NCBI GenBank assembly: GCA_947170415.1
Contig: CAMVTN010000001.1
Coordinates: forward strand, 4,357 to 68,356
DNA from: an uncultured Lachnospiraceae bacterium
GTDB lineage: Bacteria; Bacillota; Clostridia; Lachnospirales; Lachnospiraceae
DNA: 64,000 nucleotides
Direction of reading: 5' to 3'
Notes under the pieces: generated by a model
Database searches by the model: none
What the model saw: the letters and a program-made list of their open reading frames with translations, nothing else
What the model was told of the DNA's origin: nothing
Position numbers and translations under genes: made by a program
Shown here: one piece after another, positions 30,485 through 39,499 of the stretch
How the letters are laid out: every line of letters starts with the position of its first letter
Numbering within the stretch: position 1 is the stretch's first letter

Positions 30485-32938
30485 CTACTCACTTTTACTT
30501 ACTGCAGTATCTTTTATATATTTGCGAATATTTGAAGCATTGCTGAATTTCTCGACTTCGCCGTCATGAATAACAACATAAGTCGGTGCCTGCATGACAT
30601 CATACTGCATTGCCAGATCAGGATGTTCTTCCGCGTCGATCTCCACATAATCACGGTCTTTAAGGAACGTCTTTACAAGTCTGCAATTTGGGCATGTCTT
30701 TGTCGTAAACAGGTACTCGATCTTATTATCAGAATTCTCTAAAGATTTCTTTTCCTTTACTTCACGAGCACCCTCACGGATCACATCAGACACCTTACTC
30801 TGTACGGCGTCCTCCTTCTCCCAGACTGCGCCAAACTTATTCTCTTTTCTGTCTCCGCTGTCTTTTCCTGTTTCTACCTCATACAGCAGTCTGTCCTTAT
30901 ATTCCTGCAGCTTACCGTCATTCCAGTTTGAAACCGGACGATAATATCCTGTGATCCTGGAATAAACCTCAGTGCTCTTTCCGCAGATCGGACAAACCTT
31001 CTGCTCACCAGCAAGATAACCATGCTCTCTGCAAATGGAATATGTAGGTGACAGTGTGTAGTACGGCAGCCGGTAATTATCCGAGATCGTCTTTACGAGA
31101 TTAGCGGCTGCTTTCCAGTCAGGCAGCTTTTCTCCGAGAAACGCATGGAATACTGTTCCTGATGTATAAAGCGTCTGCAGCTTGTCCTGCACATCCAGCG
31201 CATCAAAAATATCGCTTGTGTATCCTACCGGCAAATGAGAACTGTTTGTATAATACGGTGTCTCACCCGGTGCTCCGGCAGTTACGATATTAGGATACTG
31301 TGCCTTGTCGTGCTTTGCAAGTCGATATGTGGTACTTTCTGCGGGAGTTGCCTCCAGATTATACAGATCACCGTACTGCTCCTGATAATCCATAAGGCGG
31401 TCTCTCATATGATTTAATACGTCTTCAGCAAACTTCTGCGTCTTTTCATTTGTAAGATCCTCCCTTATCCACGATGCATTTAATCCAACCTCGTTCATTC
31501 CTATGAGGCCGATGGTTGAGAAATGATTGTTAAACGTTCCGAGATAACGCTTTGTATATGGATAAAGTCCCGCATCCAGAAACTTTGAGATCACATCTCT
31601 CTTAACCTTAAGAGAACGGGCTGCTATATCCATTACGTGATCGAGTCTCTTATAAAAATCTCTCTCATCAACTGCAAGATATGCGATTCTCGGCAGATTG
31701 ATGGTCACCACTCCGATAGAACCTGTTGACTCTCCCGATCCAAAGAAACCGCCGCTCTTTTTCCTGAGTTCTCTGAGGTCGAGGCGAAGTCTGCAGCACA
31801 TACTTCGAACGTCAGATGGCTTCATATCAGAATTAACGTAATTTGAGAAATAAGGTGTTCCGTATTTACTGGTCATTTCAAATAAGAGACGGTTATTTTC
31901 CGTGTCAGACCAGTCAAAGTCACGTGTGATGGAATATGTCGGGATCGGATACTGGAATCCGCGTCCGTTTGCATCACCCTCGATCATGATCTCAAGGAAT
32001 GCCTTATTGATCATATCCATCTCTTTTTTGCAGTCTTTATAGCAGAAATCCTGTTCCTCACCACCAACGATAGCCGGAAGCTCCGCAAGGTCATCAGGCA
32101 CTGTCCAGTCAAGAGTGATATTTGTAAAGGGTGCCTGTGTTCCCCATCTGGAAGGTGTATTAACGCCAAATACAAAGGTTTCTATAGCCTGCCTTACTTC
32201 CCTGTAGGTGAGATCATCTGCTTTTACAAATGGTGCAAGATAGGTATCAAACGACGAAAATGCCTGTGCTCCTGCCCATTCATTCTGCATTATTCCAAGG
32301 AAATTCACCATCTGATTGCAAAGTACAGAAAGATGCTTTGCCGGTGCTGATGAAATCTTTCCCTCGATACCGCCAAGTCCCTCACGGATTAGCTGCTTTA
32401 AGCTCCAACCCGCGCAGTAACCTGTCAGCATGGAAAGGTCATGTATATGTACATCGCAGTTTCTGTGCGCTTCTGCGATCTCATTATCGTATATTTCAGA
32501 GAGCCAGTAATTAGCAGTTATCGCTCCGGAATTTGAAAGTATCAGACCTCCTACAGAATAAGTTACTGTAGAATTTTCCTTTACTCTCCAATCCTCAACC
32601 TTAATATATGAATTAACTACATCACGGTAATTAAGGATCGCGTTATTCATATTACGGATCTTTTCACGCTGCTTACGGTAAAGGATATATGCCTTAGCCA
32701 CTCCTGTGTAGCCAGCCTGGTTCAGAACACTTTCAACACTATCCTGAATGTCCTCCACCGATACCGCATTATCACGGATCTTTGGTTCAAAATCAGCCGT
32801 AACCCTGAGCGCAAGGAGATCTATGATGTCATTATTGTACTGCTTCTCGCAGGCAGCAAATGCCTTCATGATCGCATCGTCGATCTTTGTGATCCTAAAG
32901 TCAACGACCTTACCGTCTCTCTTAATAACCTGGTACAT
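30485..32938 (-). CDS. nrdD: Anaerobic (class III) ribonucleoside-triphosphate reductase with ATP-cone and C-terminal CxxC redoxin-like domain
   Basis: VIKRDG ATP-cone, SMCCRL finger loop, CxxH/CxxC metal site, YSRITGYY glycyl-radical motif, and C-terminal TCPNC domain. Start is ATG 32938 after GGGGG. Confidence 0.95.
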   Translation of the reverse strand: MYQVIKRDGKVVDFRITKIDDAIMKAFAACEKQYNNDIIDLLALRVTADFEPKIRDNAVSVEDIQDSVESVLNQAGYTGVAKAYILYRKQREKIRNMNNAILNYRDVVNSYIKVEDWRVKENSTVTYSVGGLILSNSGAITANYWLSEIYDNEIAEAHRNCDVHIHDLSMLTGYCAGWSLKQLIREGLGGIEGKISSAPAKHLSVLCNQMVNFLGIMQNEWAGAQAFSSFDTYLAPFVKADDLTYREVRQAIETFVFGVNTPSRWGTQAPFTNITLDWTVPDDLAELPAIVGGEEQDFCYKDCKKEMDMINKAFLEIMIEGDANGRGFQYPIPTYSITRDFDWSDTENNRLLFEMTSKYGTPYFSNYVNSDMKPSDVRSMCCRLRLDLRELRKKSGGFFGSGESTGSIGVVTINLPRIAYLAVDERDFYKRLDHVMDIAARSLKVKRDVISKFLDAGLYPYTKRYLGTFNNHFSTIGLIGMNEVGLNASWIREDLTNEKTQKFAEDVLNHMRDRLMDYQEQYGDLYNLEATPAESTTYRLAKHDKAQYPNIVTAGAPGETPYYTNSSHLPVGYTSDIFDALDVQDKLQTLYTSGTVFHAFLGEKLPDWKAAANLVKTISDNYRLPYYTLSPTYSICREHGYLAGEQKVCPICGKSTEVYSRITGYYRPVSNWNDGKLQEYKDRLLYEVETGKDSGDRKENKFGAVWEKEDAVQSKVSDVIREGAREVKEKKSLENSDNKIEYLFTTKTCPNCRLVKTFLKDRDYVEIDAEEHPDLAMQYDVMQAPTYVVIHDGEVEKFSNASNIRKYIKDTAVSKSE

Positions 32939-33125
32939 TAAATTGTCCCCCTTCAATTTCTTTTCCGACTAATCTGTCATCTTGCCTTACACGTAATACA
33001 ACAGATTTTTGTACATCTGTTATCCTCCAAAACGTGTATACAGGTGTCTTCATACTCCCGGACAAAATAACTGACAGCATCCCGCAGCATTTTTCTGCAT
33101 CCGTGCGACCGCTGTCATTTATTAA

Positions 33126-33154
33126 ATCTTAGCACTGCCCCAAAAGCGGGTCAA
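33126..33154 (-). promoter_or_regulatory. Sigma-A promoter of nrdD
   Basis: TTGACC-17 nt-TAAGAT with an extended -10 TG. Confidence 0.65.
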
Positions 33155-33161
33155 TGAAATA

Positions 33162-33208
33162 ACGCTAGATATTGTGTTTTTGTTGATTCTGCATACCATA
33201 GTTGGTGT
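33162..33208 (-). promoter_or_regulatory. Tandem NrdR boxes
   Basis: ACACAATATCTAGCGT (33162-33177) and the weaker ACACCAACTATGGTAT (33193-33208) lie 31 bp apart, upstream of a ribonucleotide reductase gene. Confidence 0.75.
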
Positions 33209-33268
33209 TATTGTGTATACAACTCTGTGATTCAGCGTCTTTTCTGCCTTTTCAGCAAACTATGAAAA

Positions 33269-33315
33269 AGAGCATATTCTCGGCAATTTAAAAATCTTTA
33301 CCAAAAATATGCTCT
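33269..33315 (-). terminator. Probable terminator after the TPR gene
   Basis: AGAGCATATT...AATATGCTCT stem with a T-tract on the minus strand. Confidence 0.6.
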
Positions 33316-33332
33316 GTGTATTTTGTATTATC

Positions 33333-33477
33333 GTATTGTTCACAAGTAGCAGGAAGCGCTACGCCGCTGACTGCGTAAGAAAGTGATGTGGGAGTGAGCG
33401 CATTTTTCGCCTAAGGCGAATTCTCATAAATGCGCGAAATCGTTACTGGAGCAAGCTGAAAGCGAGTGAACAGTAAC
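33333..33477 (+). mobile_element. Family B element, diverged 145-bp copy
   Basis: Ends in GAGCAAGCTGAAAGCGAGTGAACAGTAAC like the 14039 copy; left end GTATTGTTCAC; imperfect flanks GTATTATC/GTATCTTC. Confidence 0.75.
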
Positions 33478-33484
33478 GTATCTT

Positions 33485-34531
33485 CTATCTAGTAGACAAA
33501 AATATGTATTCTCTTTTTGCATCCTCGTCATCCGGAAAATCTTTGAGGTAACTGTCCATCAAAACCGATGCCTCTTTGAACTTACCAAGATATTCACTGG
33601 CAACTATCTGATTATAACGAAGCGACTGTGATATTTCCGAATCACCAACGGATATTCCCTGTTCAAAGGCCTTGAGAGCACTTTCGTAATCTCCCACATC
33701 CAGTTCACAAAGTCCTAACTGATTGCAGATCTCCACATCATTCGGATTATCCTCCAGATAGGTCTTATACAGTGATGCGGCATAGGATTCGTCTCCAAGC
33801 GCTTCATAAGTTCTTCCGAGATAGAGAACTACCTCAGGATCACTTCCGTCACCTCTTGACTCCTCAAGAATATCCTTAGCATTATCATATTCTCCCATCC
33901 AGAAATAAAGCTTACCTTTCTGGAAACCGGTTATATGAGTCAATTCCATCGCAGATTTCAGATAATCTGCTCCATCCTCAGCTTCTCCGGCATCAGACAG
34001 ACACTCGTAAATATTTATATAAAGATCCGGATCGGAATTATTATTTCTGATCGCCGCATTGAAATCTCTAAGAGCGTCATCTTTCTGCCCCTTTGCAAGT
34101 TCAGTCTTTCCTCTAAGGAAAAATGCATTGGGATTTTTCGGATCCAGTGCTAATATCGCTGTGCAGGTATCGATCGCGCTGTCCATGTCTCCTGTACGAA
34201 ATTCTGAAACAGCCAGATAAAACGAAATGTCATACTCAAGGTCTGAAATATGTCCATTGGAACAGGAAAGTGCCTTTGTCAGCTCTTCAACCGCAGATTT
34301 ATAATCCGCAAGTCCCATATGCGCAAGGCCTTTTCCTCTATAGATCAATTCTGCATTCTCGCCTTTTTTCTCTGCTGCCTCAAAATTTGCGAGAGCTCCC
34401 TCATAATCGTTGTTTTCTATAGCTTTCATACCGAGATCAACATTACTGTGATTGCTCCCTGTTCTGCTGCATCCCGTAAAAAGAAACGATGTCAGGATCA
34501 CAGATAATATAAGTATCCGGATCGATTTCAT
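33485..34531 (-). CDS. Tetratricopeptide-repeat lipoprotein
   Basis: Lipobox-like FTGC followed by repeated TPR-pattern helices. Confidence 0.88.
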   Translation of the reverse strand: MKSIRILILSVILTSFLFTGCSRTGSNHSNVDLGMKAIENNDYEGALANFEAAEKKGENAELIYRGKGLAHMGLADYKSAVEELTKALSCSNGHISDLEYDISFYLAVSEFRTGDMDSAIDTCTAILALDPKNPNAFFLRGKTELAKGQKDDALRDFNAAIRNNNSDPDLYINIYECLSDAGEAEDGADYLKSAMELTHITGFQKGKLYFWMGEYDNAKDILEESRGDGSDPEVVLYLGRTYEALGDESYAASLYKTYLEDNPNDVEICNQLGLCELDVGDYESALKAFEQGISVGDSEISQSLRYNQIVASEYLGKFKEASVLMDSYLKDFPDDEDAKREYIFLSTR

Positions 34532-34545
34532 TTAATACTTTCCTT

Positions 34546-35928
34546 TCAGTCGTCTTCACGGTAGACACAATAACCGTCTCTTCCGCTTTCTTTTACTCTG
34601 TATAATGCCTCATCCGCATGTCTGAACAGTTCTGTGTAGTCTTCTCCGTCACGGGCAAAATACGAAATACCTATACTGCAGCTTATACTTACCGCTATAC
34701 CATTTTTAGTAAAAGTACGCCGGATAGCATCGTTTAGCTGCTTTGCACGCAATTCCGTTATTCTGGGCGTTGTATGCTTCATAAACACCATAAACTCATC
34801 GCCGCCAATTCTTCCTACAAAGTCAGATTCTCTGAATACATCACGAATAGACGTTGCCGTCATCTTTATGACATTGTCACCATATTCATGACCAAATGTA
34901 TCATTTACTGTTTTGAAATGATCTGTATCGATCATCATGACAGCATGGCAGTCAGAAATGCGTGATTTCTGAAGATAGTTTTCGATTGCATGTTCCATGG
35001 CATTTTTATTAAGAAGGCCCGTCATGGCATCTATATCAACCTTTGCCCTGAGTTCCTCCTGTTCTGCCTTTTCCGCTGAAACATCCTTGGCAGATCCTAC
35101 AACACGATATACATGACCGTTTTTATCCGCAAAGCTTGCGTAGCTCAATCGAAACCATTCATATTCCGTTTTTTCTTCATCTGGATTTAACAACCTGTAT
35201 TCTGCGCTTCCCTTAACCGGTTCATTGAGTGCGCTTCTGAATTTATCAACCGTGATCGGATAATCCTCCGGATGAAGGTGCTTTGTTAAATAATCTCCTC
35301 CGAGAAAATTTCGTATCGTAAAACGGTTGCCCTCACTATCAAGCTCAGAACTTTCAAGAATATCCAACTCCACGTCATAATCATAACTGATATTATCCGT
35401 GGCTTCTTCAATAAGTCTGTATCTTTCAGATTCTACATACAGCTGTTCTGTATTTTTCTGCAATTGTGCCTGAACGAGTTTCTCATTCGTAACATCATTA
35501 AGCACAACAAAATACAGAAGTCTGCCGTCATTTGACGAAAACTTCCTGCTCTTGTGATATATCCAGACTATATCATCCAAAAGTCCCCGCACTCTGTACG
35601 TAATCTCAACTGTATCAAAAAACTCAGACTGATTCTTAATCTGTTCCCTAACAATAGCCCGGTCTTCTCTCATAACGAACAAGTTGAAACTATTATAAAA
35701 ATGTTCACGGAACTGCTCTTCCGTACAATGAAAGATTCTCAAACACCCTTCGCCGATATAATCGATTTTTCCCGTCTCAGCTTCATATATCATGACCCCA
35801 CCGGGAATATTATCAAGAAGAAGTTCCAGTCGAAGCTGTGTTATCCGCAGTTCTTCCCTGCATTTATCCAACTCTTTTTCCAGATCTTCAATTTTACCCA
35901 CTTTTACATTTATACCCTTTCTGAACAA
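34546..35928 (-). CDS. PAS-domain diguanylate cyclase
   Basis: Two PAS-like regions, DAMTGLLN, intact GGDEF with an RESD I-site. Confidence 0.92.
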   Translation of the reverse strand: MFRKGINVKVGKIEDLEKELDKCREELRITQLRLELLLDNIPGGVMIYEAETGKIDYIGEGCLRIFHCTEEQFREHFYNSFNLFVMREDRAIVREQIKNQSEFFDTVEITYRVRGLLDDIVWIYHKSRKFSSNDGRLLYFVVLNDVTNEKLVQAQLQKNTEQLYVESERYRLIEEATDNISYDYDVELDILESSELDSEGNRFTIRNFLGGDYLTKHLHPEDYPITVDKFRSALNEPVKGSAEYRLLNPDEEKTEYEWFRLSYASFADKNGHVYRVVGSAKDVSAEKAEQEELRAKVDIDAMTGLLNKNAMEHAIENYLQKSRISDCHAVMMIDTDHFKTVNDTFGHEYGDNVIKMTATSIRDVFRESDFVGRIGGDEFMVFMKHTTPRITELRAKQLNDAIRRTFTKNGIAVSISCSIGISYFARDGEDYTELFRHADEALYRVKESGRDGYCVYREDD

Positions 35929-35984
35929 TTCATATGAATAATTTCAGTACTTTGATTATAAAACGTAAAAAATAAGAGGTCAAA

Positions 35985-37058
35985 TTATTGGTCTTCAAGT
36001 CCTGCGAGCTTGCGTGCCTGGTCTTCTGCTGAAAGCGCATCTATTACGGGATCAAGTTCTCCATCCATTACTTTATCTAATGAATAAATGGTGAGATTGA
36101 TCCTGTGATCCGTAAGTCTGGACTGCGGGAAATTGTAAGTTCTTATTTTTTCAGAGCGATCTCCCGTTCCAACCTGACTCTTTCTCAAGGATGCTTCTGC
36201 TTCGTGTGCTTTTTCGCGCTCCAGCTCGTAAAGCTTTGCTCTAAGAACCTTAAATGCCTTTGCTTTATTTTTGATCTGACTCTTCTCATCCTGGCAGGAG
36301 ATCACGATTCCTGTAGGCAAATGAGTAAGTCTTACAGCAGAATCAGTAGTATTTACACACTGACCACCGTTTCCACTGGCACGAAATACATCGATACGAC
36401 ATTCATTCGGATCGATATTTACCTCAACTTCCGTAGCTTCCGGCATAATGGCAACCGTTACTGTTGAAGTATGTATACGTCCACCCGATTCTGTCTGCGG
36501 AACTCGCTGAACTCTGTGAACTCCACTTTCAAACTTCAGCTTTGAATAGGCTCCCATGCCGTTTATCATGAAGCTTACATACTTAAGACCGCCGATACCT
36601 GTATCTTCCGCATCAGTTGTTTCAACAGAAAAACCGTGATTTTCTGCATAACGCACATACATCCTGTAAAGTGATGCAGCAAAGAGTGCTGCTTCTTCTC
36701 CACCTGCACCCGCTCTTATCTCTACAACGACGTTTCTGTCATCAGCTTCATCTTTTGGAATAAGCATGAGTTTCAGGGCTTTTTCGAGTTCCGGCTGCTT
36801 TCTCTTTGCTTCTGCAAGTTCTTCTCTTGCCAGGCTCTTAAGCTCCGGATCTGATTCTTCGTCTATCATCATCTCCGCTTCCTGAAGTTCCTGCTCATTT
36901 TTCTTATATGCCTTAAATGCTTCAACAACCGGAAAAAGCTTGCTCTGCTCTTTCATGAGTTCCATAAATCTGCCGCTGTCTTCAGCCGTTGATGGTTCAT
37001 TTATCAACTGAGTCACTTCTTCATATCGAAGTACTGTTTCATTTAGCCTTTCAAACAT
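35985..37058 (-). CDS. prfA: Peptide chain release factor 1
   Basis: GGQ motif, PQT (PxT) stop-recognition loop and IRTYNFPQ. Confidence 0.98.
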   Translation of the reverse strand: MFERLNETVLRYEEVTQLINEPSTAEDSGRFMELMKEQSKLFPVVEAFKAYKKNEQELQEAEMMIDEESDPELKSLAREELAEAKRKQPELEKALKLMLIPKDEADDRNVVVEIRAGAGGEEAALFAASLYRMYVRYAENHGFSVETTDAEDTGIGGLKYVSFMINGMGAYSKLKFESGVHRVQRVPQTESGGRIHTSTVTVAIMPEATEVEVNIDPNECRIDVFRASGNGGQCVNTTDSAVRLTHLPTGIVISCQDEKSQIKNKAKAFKVLRAKLYELEREKAHEAEASLRKSQVGTGDRSEKIRTYNFPQSRLTDHRINLTIYSLDKVMDGELDPVIDALSAEDQARKLAGLEDQ

Positions 37059-37876
37059 CTGACCACTCTCTCATTTCCTGAATAGTCTCTGACTACTTCA
37101 ATATCCTTATATCCTTCTGATGAAAGGATTTCTCTAAGTGCATCGCCCTCATCAAATCCGATCTCAAAGAAAAGTCTTCCTTCGGATTCCAGATATTCTT
37201 TAGCCTCATGCGCGATCTTTCTGTAAAAATCAAGACCGTCCTCTCCTCCGTCAAGCGCCAGATGAGGCTCATGCAGACGTACTTCATCCATCAATCCATC
37301 TATTTCAGAACTTCTGATATATGGAGGATTGGAAAGGATATAATCAAATTTACCCTCAACATTCTGGAAAAGATCTGATTTTATAAACTGAACATTTTCA
37401 ACACCGAGTTTTTCGGCATTTTTACGAGAAAGTGCAAGTGCATCATCCGATACATCAACACCGACACCGCTTATGGCATTTTTGAATCTCATAAGAGACA
37501 GAAGAATGCAGCCCGAGCCGGTACAAACATCAAGTACTCTTGCTCCATCCTCAACGTAGGTCATAGCTTCTTCTACCAGATATTCCGTATCTATCCTTGG
37601 GATAAGCACATTTTCCGCTACATCAAAATCCAGTCCCATAAAATTCATGGTTCCTGTAAGATACTGAACCGGAACATGACCGCCTCTTTTTTCTGTAAGC
37701 AGCTGATAATGTTTTTCTTCTCTCTCAGTCAGTTCTTCATCTCCATGAGCCAGAAAAAAAGTACGGTCTTTACCACTTACATGCATAAGCAGCAGCCGAG
37801 CATCCGTTTCAGCATCAGCAATTCCTGCTTCTCTCAAATAATCTGTACTTTTACGAAGTGCTTCGCTATAGGTCAT
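37043..37876 (-). CDS. prmC: Release factor glutamine methyltransferase
   Basis: [13 protein letters not shown] and SNPPY motifs; adjacent to prfA. Confidence 0.97.
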   Translation of the reverse strand: MTYSEALRKSTDYLREAGIADAETDARLLLMHVSGKDRTFFLAHGDEELTEREEKHYQLLTEKRGGHVPVQYLTGTMNFMGLDFDVAENVLIPRIDTEYLVEEAMTYVEDGARVLDVCTGSGCILLSLMRFKNAISGVGVDVSDDALALSRKNAEKLGVENVQFIKSDLFQNVEGKFDYILSNPPYIRSSEIDGLMDEVRLHEPHLALDGGEDGLDFYRKIAHEAKEYLESEGRLFFEIGFDEGDALREILSSEGYKDIEVVRDYSGNERVVRCLKG

Positions 37877-38886
37877 GATCTTATTTTCACCTCTTTGTCT
37901 TCCCGAACCGCTTCATCAATTTCTTTATCAGATAGATTAAAGTTTTCTTTTAAGTAGGTCTTCCAGTCATAGACAGCTTCTACAGATGCGATACCTATCT
38001 CGATCATACTGTCATCGGGCTCCGCAGTTGTGAGTTTTTGCAGCAGAAGTCCCGGAACAGACATAGCTCTGACCAGTGGATTATTGCTTGTTCCAGCAAG
38101 ACGGATCAATTCATAAGAGATACCTGCTATAACAGGAATCAGAACGATCCTGAGCACTACCTTTGTAATGCGATCAGGAGTCTGTATCACTGCAAACAAA
38201 AGAATCGATACAACCATGACGTAAAGTAGGAAACTTGTTCCACATCTTCTGTGTTCTCTGGATGCAGCACGTACATTTTCAACTGTCAGTGGATTTCCGT
38301 TTTCAAGACAGTTTATGCATTTGTGCTCTGCACCATGATAACGGAAAACGCGCTTGATATCTTCCATTCTTGATATTCCTGTAATATACAGTACGAATAT
38401 CATCATACGTATGATACCTTCCACAAGCGCTAACAGATGCGGTTCAGCGATCCATTTATGAAAGAGCTGTGACGCAAAATAGGGGATGACCATAAATAAT
38501 CCCATTGCCATGATCACCGCAAGGATCATTATCACAATTGAAAGCGCACTGTCTCCGGCTGACTTTTTTTCTCCTGCATCTCTTTTTTTAAGAGTATCTT
38601 CATCCTCTGTATAAAAAACAACAGAATAATTAAGGCTTTTCATTCCGAGAACCAACGAATCCAAAAAGCTGAAAATTCCTCTTAAAAACGGAATTTTATA
38701 CAAACCTTTTATCGGTATGATCCCTTTATATTCATCATTCATAACAGCGACTTTCCCGTCAGGTCTGCGAACAGCGACTGCGTACTTATCACCGCTTCGC
38801 ATCATCACACCTTCCATCACAGCCTGACCGCCAATTCCGGAATATTTTGCATTACAACTTTTCTTTTCCAAGTCTTTTCCTTTCAT
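37873..38886 (-). CDS. DUF1385 membrane metalloprotein
   Basis: IGGQAVMEGVMM, YHGAEHK and HRRCGTSF motifs. Start moved to ATG 38886 because the longer ORF runs through intergenic hairpins. Confidence 0.9.
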   Translation of the reverse strand: MKGKDLEKKSCNAKYSGIGGQAVMEGVMMRSGDKYAVAVRRPDGKVAVMNDEYKGIIPIKGLYKIPFLRGIFSFLDSLVLGMKSLNYSVVFYTEDEDTLKKRDAGEKKSAGDSALSIVIMILAVIMAMGLFMVIPYFASQLFHKWIAEPHLLALVEGIIRMMIFVLYITGISRMEDIKRVFRYHGAEHKCINCLENGNPLTVENVRAASREHRRCGTSFLLYVMVVSILLFAVIQTPDRITKVVLRIVLIPVIAGISYELIRLAGTSNNPLVRAMSVPGLLLQKLTTAEPDDSMIEIGIASVEAVYDWKTYLKENFNLSDKEIDEAVREDKEVKIRS

Positions 38887-38958
38887 GTCAACAACAAAGA
38901 ATCCGACTTTGTCGGATTCTCCGCGCAAGCGCGGGAGCCGTAGGCTCTTCCTATATGG

Positions 38959-38987
38959 AAAATGGGCGGAACAATTGTTCCACCCAT
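38959..38987 (-). terminator. Terminator after rpmE
   Basis: ATGGGTGGAAC-AATT-GTTCCGCCCAT-TTT on the minus strand. Confidence 0.7.
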
Positions 38988-39043
38988 CCACTCAACTCGT
39001 ACGCGCTTTCTATTCAAATGGAAAGCATTCACCGAATCTCTGA

Positions 39044-39250
39044 TTAGTTGTTCTTCATACCGTACTTCTTGTTGAACTTATCGATACGTCCATCAGCACG
39101 TGTTGTTCTCTGCATGCCTGTGTAGAACGGATGGCACTTGGAGCAAACTTCAACACGGATCTCAGGCTTTGTGGAACCTGTTGTGAATGTGTTTCCGCAG
39201 TTGCATGTTACCTTTGCTTCATAGTACTTAGGCTGGATATCTTCTCTCAT
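39044..39250 (-). CDS. rpmE: 50S ribosomal protein L31 (zinc-binding type)
   Basis: CNCG...[10 protein letters not shown]...[11 protein letters not shown]. Confidence 0.98.
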   Translation of the reverse strand: MREDIQPKYYEAKVTCNCGNTFTTGSTKPEIRVEVCSKCHPFYTGMQRTTRADGRIDKFNKKYGMKNN

Positions 39251-39306
39251 TTCAAAATCCTTTCTTTTACCGTAGATTTCTAACCCGCGGTCAAATAAAA
39301 AAATAT

Positions 39307-39451
39307 GTTACAGTTTACTCGCTTTCAGCTCGCTCACGTAACAGATTTTGCCAATTAAATCGCCTCCGGCGATGGGCAAAATCTAATGGTTTTTCCATGT
39401 TCCTGACCGTAAACTTCGCAGTAAATGCTCCGTTTACGTGTAAACACTACC
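39307..39451 (-). mobile_element. Family B element, 145-bp copy
   Basis: Reverse complement shares an exact 40-mer (GATTTTGCCCATCGCCGGAGGCGATTTAATTGGCAAAATC) and both ends with 14039-14239. No clear flanking duplication. Confidence 0.88.
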
Positions 39452-39467
39452 ATTGAACAGCTTTGTA

Positions 39468-39496
39468 ATTTTATCACAATGTTTTTTACTTGGCAA
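39468..39496 (-). promoter_or_regulatory. Sigma-A promoter of rpmE
   Basis: TTGCCA-17 nt-TAAAAT with an extended -10 TG, immediately after the rho stop. Confidence 0.7.
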
Positions 39497-39499
39497 GCA

